A model generated the notes under the pieces. The model was not told the origin of the DNA and made no database searches. It worked only from the letters and a program-made list of their open reading frames with translations. Shown here piece after piece: positions 57,639 to 64,000 of a stretch of DNA of 64,000 bases. The stretch is from Candidatus Dormibacteria bacterium. Lineage in GTDB: Bacteria; Chloroflexota; Dormibacteria; Aeolococcales; Bog-877. How positions within the stretch are numbered: position 1 is the first letter of the stretch; every line of letters begins with the position of its first letter. The translations under genes were made by a program, and so were the position numbers. The stretch covers positions 1,890-65,889 of the forward strand of contig JBJKSO010000115.1 in NCBI GenBank assembly GCA_046703825.1, written 5' to 3'.

Positions 57639-59696
57639 TCAGCCCGCCTGTCGCGCTGAATAGTTCGCCCAGAACGGCTGGCCAGCCGTTTCGTACAGCG
57701 CGGCCGCGGTGTCGAAGTGCCCGCGGGCGCCGGGCAGGTCCCTTTCGAGGCGGCTGACGCTCCCGGCGGCCGATTCCGCCATCGCCTGCCAGGCAGAACT
57801 GGAGAAGTACTCCGCCACCCGGGCGGCGGCGTCCCGGTAATAGCGGGCGTTGTCGCCGTCGCCGAGAGCGGCGAACGCGCCAGCGGCCACCGGATTCAGC
57901 AGGGCGCTGCAGGTTGGGCAGTCGCCATAGCGGGCGCTGGCGGCCGCGGCGGCCTGCACCGAGCGCACCGCCGACTCCGGCTCGCCACGCTGAATGGCGG
58001 CGAAGGCGGCGGTGGCATGGATGCGACCCCACACGTGGCTAGCCATCGGCGACACCGTCGCGATCCCTGAGGCCCGCCTAAGGTAGTCGCCAACCTCACC
58101 TAGTCGACCCTGGCAGGCAGCCAGCTCCGCCCGCCGCTGCCAGGGGAGAGCGCCGGAACGGGACCCAAGGGATTCGTGCAGGGCGCAGCTGCGCTCCAGG
58201 CAGCCGTCGCTCTCCTCCCAGCGGGCCTGCAGCAACAGCGACTCGCCGAGCAGGCACCACGCGAAGGCCTGGGCGCGCACCGCCCCGGCCTCCTCGGCCC
58301 TCTCGAGGATCTGCCGGGAGTAGCCCTCGACCGACTCGAACAGGCCGTCGCCGTAGAGGTGGTACTGGCCGATGCAGTGGTGGATGTCGAACACCCTAGC
58401 GAGCTGGCCCTCGATGTCAGCCTCGGCCAGTCGCGCCAGCTCCGATTTCAGCCCCTCCCGCCATTCACCCTCGAAGTGGGACACGATGGCGACCGCCTCG
58501 TGTGCCCCGGCCACGTCGTCTGGGGTGCCGCAAGCGACGGCCGCCTCGAGGGCCGCTGTCGCGAGCCTGCGGGCCGCCGGGATCTCGCCACTCTCCCAAG
58601 CGAGATTGGCCCGAGCCCGCAGCAGCCGCGCGAGTTCGGCCGGGCTCGCCTCGGGTGCGCCTTGCGCCAAATCCAGATGGGGGCCGGCCATGTCGGGCCG
58701 GTGCTGCATAAGCCAGGCCTCGGCGCATTTCCGCTCGAGACGGCCAACATCACCCAAGCAACCGGCGGCGGCCCGGACTTCGGTCAGCGCTAGCTCGTAG
58801 GCCTTGGCCGCCCGGGCACCGTCGCCGGCCAGGACCCTCAGGTCTCCGACCCTCTCCCACAGCTCGGACCTGAGCTCAGGCTCCTCAAAGCGGCGGGCAG
58901 CGATGTCCTCCCGGAGGCGCTGCACCCTGGCGCTCGGCTCCACCCCCAACTCGCGGTCGAGGACATCTCTCAGGTGCTCGTACTGCCGCAGGGCATCGTC
59001 CCGCCGGCCGGTCAGCCCGTACAACCTCATCACCAGGGAATGCGATTCCTCCCGGGTCGGATCGGCCCCGACCAGCTCGCGGGCGGCTTCAAGCGCGCTT
59101 GCGATGTCGCCCTGCGCCTCGAGCAGAGCGCACCACTCGGAGAGGCCCCCCAAGTAGTCCTCGCGCAACTCGCGGCGGACCGCGGCCGCCCACTCCTCAT
59201 ACGGGTCGTCTGGCAAGAGATCGCCGCGGTACCAGGACAACGCTGACTGGTATCCGTCCATGTCTCCCGACCGACGGGCCGCCGTCAGCTCCGCCCGGAA
59301 GTGCACCGCGTCCACTGTCAGCCCATCACTGGCAAGGGATAGAACGTCGTTCTGGAACTCGATGAGACGGGCTGCTCCGTGAGAAGCGGCGTCGAGCGCG
59401 ACCCGCGCCTGATGGATCGCCTTGCGGAGGTTGGCACCGCCGGCAGCCAGATCGAGGTCCGGCCACAGCTGGTCCAGCAACTGTTCCCGATGCACCCGAT
59501 GGCCCGGGGCCAACGCAAGGATCTTCAGCAGGGCGGCTGGCTTGCGCCTTCGCCACGCGTCGGGCGCAACCGGGTTGACACCGACCCCGACGGTGAATCC
59601 GCCGAGCAAAGAAATCCTAAGTCCATCCCGCCCCACCGCCTGCCCATCGGGCTGCAAAGCCGACCTCCCCGGCGCGAGGCTGCCAAGCCCACTCAT
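57639..59696 (-). CDS. SARP/AfsR-type transcriptional regulator (winged-helix DNA-binding + BTAD + TPR repeats)
   Basis: LRISLLGGFTVGV... BTAD pattern YEEWAAAVRRELREDY...; C-terminal helical repeats. Start uncertain (ORF to 59777). Confidence 0.65.
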   Translation of the reverse strand: MSGLGSLAPGRSALQPDGQAVGRDGLRISLLGGFTVGVGVNPVAPDAWRRRKPAALLKILALAPGHRVHREQLLDQLWPDLDLAAGGANLRKAIHQARVALDAASHGAARLIEFQNDVLSLASDGLTVDAVHFRAELTAARRSGDMDGYQSALSWYRGDLLPDDPYEEWAAAVRRELREDYLGGLSEWCALLEAQGDIASALEAARELVGADPTREESHSLVMRLYGLTGRRDDALRQYEHLRDVLDRELGVEPSARVQRLREDIAARRFEEPELRSELWERVGDLRVLAGDGARAAKAYELALTEVRAAAGCLGDVGRLERKCAEAWLMQHRPDMAGPHLDLAQGAPEASPAELARLLRARANLAWESGEIPAARRLATAALEAAVACGTPDDVAGAHEAVAIVSHFEGEWREGLKSELARLAEADIEGQLARVFDIHHCIGQYHLYGDGLFESVEGYSRQILERAEEAGAVRAQAFAWCLLGESLLLQARWEESDGCLERSCALHESLGSRSGALPWQRRAELAACQGRLGEVGDYLRRASGIATVSPMASHVWGRIHATAAFAAIQRGEPESAVRSVQAAAAASARYGDCPTCSALLNPVAAGAFAALGDGDNARYYRDAAARVAEYFSSSAWQAMAESAAGSVSRLERDLPGARGHFDTAAALYETAGQPFWANYSARQAG

Positions 59697-59854
59697 TCCA
59701 CACGGAAAGGTAGAACGTTTCACCCCGTGACGGCGCTCCGATTGCGGTCGGCATTGCTTGCGAGGTTCCATCGGCATTGCGTGGCTGGCAGCGCGTTGGC
59801 GGATCAGGGGCCGCGCCGGCCGGCTGGCGGCGGCTAATCGGGTAGCTTTGCGGA

Positions 59855-60304
59855 GTGAGCTTGGAGGCTGAGGAGCTGAACCGCCGCCTGCTGCGAGCCC
59901 GCGACGTCATGGACCGCGCCTACTCCCGGCCGCTCGATGTCCGGGGGTTGGCGGCGGTAGCACACCTGTCTGAGGCCCACTTCATCCGGAGCTTCCGAGG
60001 CGCCTTCGGCGAGACCCCTCACCGTTACCTGCAGCGGCGGCGCGTGGAGCGTTCGATGTTTCTACTTCGCGAGACCCAGCACCGGATCACCGACATATGC
60101 AACGACGTCGGCTTTACCAGCTTGGGTACCTTTAGCCTGACCTTCCGTGACATAGTCGGGGAGAGCCCGTCCGACTATCGGCTCGGGCACAACCCGATCG
60201 TTGCGCCGAACTGCTTTCAGATGGCTGCCACACGACCGGCCGACGCGGCATTGGCCCTCCGATCGAGCACCTTTGGAGAAGCTGAGCGCGAGGCGACTGC
60301 CTAG
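59855..60304 (+). CDS. AraC family transcriptional regulator (HTH_18)
   Basis: ...AHLSEAHFIRSFRGAFGETPHRYLQRRRVERSMFLL...ICNDVGFTSLGTFSLTFR... Confidence 0.7.
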   Translation: MSLEAEELNRRLLRARDVMDRAYSRPLDVRGLAAVAHLSEAHFIRSFRGAFGETPHRYLQRRRVERSMFLLRETQHRITDICNDVGFTSLGTFSLTFRDIVGESPSDYRLGHNPIVAPNCFQMAATRPADAALALRSSTFGEAEREATA

Positions 60305-60345
60305 CATGCTCGCCTAAGACGCATCGCTCGCGAGGAGAGACAAGG

Positions 60346-60777
60346 ATGATCACCAAGTTCAATGTGGTCTCGCTAAAAGTCTTGGACCAGGACGAGGCGC
60401 TCGACTTCTACGTCAACAAGCTCGGCCTCGAGGTGGCCCAAGAATTCGTGCAAGGCCCGGTCCGATGGCTGACGGTGCGGGTACCCAGTGACCCGAGCAC
60501 CGAGATCTACCTGGAGAAGCCGGGACCGCCAGCGCAGGACGAAGCCTCCGCTGCACAACTTCGCGAGCTGATCACCAAAGGGGCGGTCGGGTTTCTTGCC
60601 TTCAACAGCGATGACGTCCGGGCAACCTACCACCTGCTCAAGGCCCGAGGGGTCGCCGATTTCACCCAAGAACCCACCGACCACTTCTATGGCACCGACA
60701 TGGGCATCCGCGATCCGTTTGGCAACGCGATCAGGATCCTGCAGCCGGCGAAGGCGCGGCCGGCCGCCACCGCCTGA
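60346..60777 (+). CDS. VOC (glyoxalase/bleomycin-resistance) family protein
   Basis: 143 aa beta-alpha-beta-beta-beta module pattern. Confidence 0.65.
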   Translation: MITKFNVVSLKVLDQDEALDFYVNKLGLEVAQEFVQGPVRWLTVRVPSDPSTEIYLEKPGPPAQDEASAAQLRELITKGAVGFLAFNSDDVRATYHLLKARGVADFTQEPTDHFYGTDMGIRDPFGNAIRILQPAKARPAATA

Positions 60778-60855
60778 CCCGGTCTCCTCAGCTTCGCCGG
60801 CGACGAGGGCAGCCGCGGGGGCAACACGGACGGCACCCGTACGATCAGTCGGATC

Positions 60856-62106
60856 GTGCCTAACCCCGCGGCAGAGGCGCTGGCCGCCTTCTTCCTGGTC
60901 GCCACCCTGGCCGGAGCAGTGGTCCGCCCTCGAGGCCTGCCCGAGGTAACCATCGCGCTGCCCGCGGCCGCGATTCTGGTTTTGACCGGGGCGCTCCCGC
61001 TCGGGCAGGCCGCCCAGGAGGGAAGGGCTCTGGGCCCCACGCTGGGATTCCTAGCGGCGGTCCTGGTGCTCGCCAGCCTCTGCGATGGCTATGGCCTCTT
61101 TGAGGCTGCGGGGCGGTGGATGAGCGCTGCTTCGCGCCGAAGCCCAACCAGGCTGCTGGGGGTGGTGTTCGTGGTGGCCAGTCTCACCACCGCCGCTCTG
61201 AGCCTCGACGCCACCGTCGTTCTGCTGACGCCGGTCGTGCTGGCGACGGCGGCCCGAATGCACCTGCGCAGCCGACCGCCAGCCTACGCGTGCACGCACC
61301 TGGCCAACACCGCCTCGCTCCTGCTGCCGATCTCCAACCTCACCAACCTGCTGGCATACCGGGCCAGCGGGCTGAGCTTCGCGAGCTTCGGCTTGACCAT
61401 GGCGCTGCCCTGGGCGGCAGCCATCGCTGTGGAGTGGCTTTTGCTCCGCCGCTTCTTCCGCTCGGACCTGGTGGGGCGCGGTCAGGCCGCGCCTCGAGAA
61501 GCGGCCGGCACGCCCTGGTACGCCCTGGCGGTGGTCCTGCTCACGCTGGGAGGGTTCTTCGCCACCTCAATCCTCGGCGTCTACCCGGCCTGGGCGGCTC
61601 TGGCGGGAGTGGTGCTGCTCGGCGTACCGGGTGTTGTCAGCCATCGAGTCCAGCTGCGGAACGTCGGAGACGCCGTGGATGTTCCCTTCCTGGCCTTCAT
61701 TTTCTCGCTCGCGCTGGTGGTCCGGGCGCTTTCCCTACACGGGCTTGGGGCTGCGGTCGGACATGCGCTGCCGGCCGGCACTTCCCTCGGCAGCCTCCTC
61801 CTCACCGCCACCCTCGCCGCGGTGCTGGCCAACCTGATCAACAATCTTCCAGCGGTACTGCTGCTCTTGCCCGTGGCCAGCCTGGACGGCACCGGTTCGG
61901 TGTTGGCCGTGCTCATCGGCGTCAACGTCGGACCCAACCTAACCTACGTCGGGTCGTTGGCTACCTTGCTGTGGCGGCGGGTGCTGCGCCAGCGAGGGGC
62001 TGACTTGCCCGTTTCTGAGTTCCTGCGGCTGGGTGCGGTGACGGTACCGCCGGTGCTGGTCGCCTCCACCCTGGCGCTGTGGCTGTCGCTTCGGCTGGTG
62101 GGATGA
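60856..62106 (+). CDS. arsB: arsenite efflux permease ArsB-family (ArsB/NhaD superfamily) membrane protein
   Basis: 12-TM, ...DATVVLLTPVV... pattern resembling ArsB. Confidence 0.65.
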   Translation: MPNPAAEALAAFFLVATLAGAVVRPRGLPEVTIALPAAAILVLTGALPLGQAAQEGRALGPTLGFLAAVLVLASLCDGYGLFEAAGRWMSAASRRSPTRLLGVVFVVASLTTAALSLDATVVLLTPVVLATAARMHLRSRPPAYACTHLANTASLLLPISNLTNLLAYRASGLSFASFGLTMALPWAAAIAVEWLLLRRFFRSDLVGRGQAAPREAAGTPWYALAVVLLTLGGFFATSILGVYPAWAALAGVVLLGVPGVVSHRVQLRNVGDAVDVPFLAFIFSLALVVRALSLHGLGAAVGHALPAGTSLGSLLLTATLAAVLANLINNLPAVLLLLPVASLDGTGSVLAVLIGVNVGPNLTYVGSLATLLWRRVLRQRGADLPVSEFLRLGAVTVPPVLVASTLALWLSLRLVG

Positions 62107-62113
62107 TCCCCGG

Positions 62114-62623
62114 GTGCACGTGGTGGTTTGGCTGGTTGAGGGCACCTGGCAGGGATGCCTGAAAGCGGCCGCGCCGCGCATCCGTGACGCTGACCGGCTC
62201 ACCCTCCTGCACGTCTCGCCCGGCGCCGTCGGAGCCGCGGCCGGAGCTGCGGCCGACGCTCTGTTCGGACGTACGCACCGCCCGCAGCCGGCGCCGGTGG
62301 ACTGGGAGCAGGTTGAGGACCAAGAGGCGGCGAGTCTGCTCGCCCGGGCGGCCCAAGTGCTGGGGCGACCGGAGGCCGAAAAACTCCTGCTCAAGGGGCG
62401 GCCAGAGCGGGAGGTACTCCAGCTGGCCGACGGCGCCGACCTCTTGGTGCTGGCCCGCGACGGCGACCGGGTCCGGCTGGGACCGCGCAGCCTGGGGCCG
62501 GCAACCCGCTTTGTGGTGGACCACGCTCCCTGCGACGTTCTGCTGGTGTGGCCCCATGACCCGCCTGGCCTGGAATCGATTCCGGCCCCGGAGCCGCACG
62601 GCCGGCGTCCGCCTCACCACTAA
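62114..62623 (+). CDS. universal stress protein family protein
   Basis: USP-like C-terminus LLVLARDG...FVVDHAPCDVLLV. Confidence 0.6.
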   Translation: MHVVVWLVEGTWQGCLKAAAPRIRDADRLTLLHVSPGAVGAAAGAAADALFGRTHRPQPAPVDWEQVEDQEAASLLARAAQVLGRPEAEKLLLKGRPEREVLQLADGADLLVLARDGDRVRLGPRSLGPATRFVVDHAPCDVLLVWPHDPPGLESIPAPEPHGRRPPHH

Positions 62624-62893
62624 CAGGTCGGCGGGCGCGCCTCGCTCAGCGCGAAGCACTTCGCTCGGGCGGCGATCCCGGGATTCCAATAGGATGCTGC
62701 CGGTTCGTGCCGTCTTCTTTCGGCGCCCCAGACGTAGACCGCCTCCAGGCAGGGTAGATGCACGCGCCCAAGAGCTCGAGCTCAATCCAGGCAGCTTCGC
62801 CCCGACCACACCACGGCTTTGGCTGAACCACGGCCTCCGGCCGACGGCCTCGGCCCCGAAGCCGCCCTGCCGAGCCGATTCGGGGACTTCAGA

Positions 62894-64000
62894 ATGCGGG
62901 TGCTCCAACCGGACTCCGGGGGCGGAGGTGAGCTGGTTGCGCTGATCCGCGGCGACCCCAGCTCCGGAGCCACTCCGTTAGTGCGGCTGCACTCGGAGTG
63001 CCTGACTGGGGACGCGTTGGGGTCGCTGCGCTGCGATTGCGGCGAGCAGCTGCAGGCGGCCCTGATGGCGATCGGGCGCGAGCCCTGGGGAGCCGTGGTC
63101 TACCTCCGTCAGGAGGGGCGGGGGATTGGTCTAGCCGACAAGGCCCGCGCCTACGCCTTGCAGGACCGCGGCTTGGACACGGTGCAGGCCAACCAGGCCC
63201 TGGGGCTGCCGGTGGATGCTCGCGACTACCGGCAGGCGGCGCGGGCGCTGCGCGACCTGGGGATGACCCGCATCAGACTGCTCAGCAACAACCCAGGCAA
63301 GGTTGCGGCCCTGCGGGAACTGGGGGTGGAGGTCGTGGAGCGCGCCCCGCTCGAGGTCGGCGCAGGCCCCCACAACCGCGGCTACCTGCTCACCAAAGCG
63401 CGCCGAATGCACCACCGGCTCCGCCAGTTCGATGAGACGGGAGCGCCCAAGGCGCTGCGCCGCCCCCGGGTCACCCTTCACTGGGCTCAGACCTTGGACG
63501 GTCGGATCGCCACCCGTACCGGAGACTCGCGCTGGGTGGGCGGTCCGCCCTCGCTCAGCCTTGCCCACGAGTTGCGCGCGAACCACGACGCGGTGCTGGT
63601 GGGAGCGGGCACGGTGGTCGCCGACGACCCCCAGCTCACCGTCCGGCTGGTGCCCGGCCCCTCCCCCCTCCGGGTCGTGGCCGACGCCCGGCTGCGGGTG
63701 CCGCTGACCTCCCGGATCTTTCGAGAACCGGACGCCATCACCCTGGTGGCAACCACGCGGGAGTCGGATCCGCACCGGCGTCAGGCCCTGAGCGAGATGG
63801 GGGTTGGGGTCCTCCTGCTGGAGGAGGATCATCGCGGTCAGGTGTCGCTGCAGCAGCTCATGGCACGACTGGTGGAACTCGGCGTACACCGCCTGCTGGT
63901 CGAGGGAGGGGCGCAGATCATCACAAGCCTGCTTGCGCTGAGACTGATCGACCGCTTGGTGGTGTGCATCGCCCCCCGCATCAGCGGTGCGGGCTTGGAC
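62894..64000 (+). CDS. ribA: GTP cyclohydrolase II fused to a RibD-type reductase domain (3' partial)
   Basis: GCHII zinc site RLHSECLTGDALGSLRCDCG; continues in-frame into VTLHWAQTLDGRIATRTGDSRWVGG... reductase fold. Runs off the window end, so it is absent from the ORF track. Confidence 0.7.
   Translation, partial: MRVLQPDSGGGGELVALIRGDPSSGATPLVRLHSECLTGDALGSLRCDCGEQLQAALMAIGREPWGAVVYLRQEGRGIGLADKARAYALQDRGLDTVQANQALGLPVDARDYRQAARALRDLGMTRIRLLSNNPGKVAALRELGVEVVERAPLEVGAGPHNRGYLLTKARRMHHRLRQFDETGAPKALRRPRVTLHWAQTLDGRIATRTGDSRWVGGPPSLSLAHELRANHDAVLVGAGTVVADDPQLTVRLVPGPSPLRVVADARLRVPLTSRIFREPDAITLVATTRESDPHRRQALSEMGVGVLLLEEDHRGQVSLQQLMARLVELGVHRLLVEGGAQIITSLLALRLIDRLVVCIAPRISGAGLD

Noticed and set aside
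62624-62893. Possible FMN riboswitch in the 270-nt leader upstream of ribA
   Set aside because: A long leader before a riboflavin gene is suggestive. However, I could not find the conserved RFN-element blocks (GGGGCAGGGTGAAATTCCC, CCGACGGT.AAAGTCCGGATG) in either orientation. Only weak partial matches, so not called.

Overview
This is a 64-kb window at about 70% GC, dense with genes on both strands. The gene content (MurT/GatD, LCP, MarP-like protease, InhA-type FabI, an F420-type PPOX protein) points to an actinobacterium or a related Gram-positive lineage. All calls rest on reading the supplied ORF translations and the raw sequence only; no database search was run.

**Housekeeping backbone (about 1–42.3 kb and 53.7–64 kb).**
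- Central metabolism and translation genes: ppdK (5' partial), glyQS, cysS, recO, prs-glmU, nth, holA, rpsT, ispE-murT-gatD, ppk1, rpiA, fabI, and ribA (3' partial).
- An ApbE flavin transferase and a two-component system (sensor kinase plus response regulator).
- Transporters (ABC exporter, MFS, ArsB) and regulators (MarR, TetR, AraC, SARP-type).

**Most unusual locus (15.3–21.0 kb, minus strand).**
- One apparent operon encodes a Tat-targeted Rieske protein, a b6-type cytochrome b, and two divergent cytochrome bd subunit I (CydA)-like paralogs.
- It has no CydB partner and no c-type cytochrome gene.
- It also carries a small unannotated two-helix membrane ORF and two tandem paralogous hypothetical proteins.
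- A blue-copper (cupredoxin) lipoprotein is encoded next to it.
- I read this as a possibly novel quinol-oxidising respiratory module.

**Putative decaying integrated element (about 42.6–53.6 kb), beginning at a tRNA-Ala(GGC).**
- Its large serine recombinase is interrupted by an in-frame TAG.
- It carries two replication-relaxation paralogs (one frameshifted) separated by iteron-like 19-nt repeats.
- Cargo includes a Hen1–Pnkp RNA-repair pair, two VapBC toxin–antitoxin modules, and short direct repeats.

**Other oddities.**
- CysS is fused to a C-terminal GT2-like domain.
- GTP cyclohydrolase II is fused to a RibD-type reductase.
- Several convergent gene pairs overlap by 70–225 bp.
- Palindromic candidate operators sit upstream of the MarR and TetR genes.
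- A plus-strand terminator hairpin with no upstream plus-strand gene lies before the tRNA.
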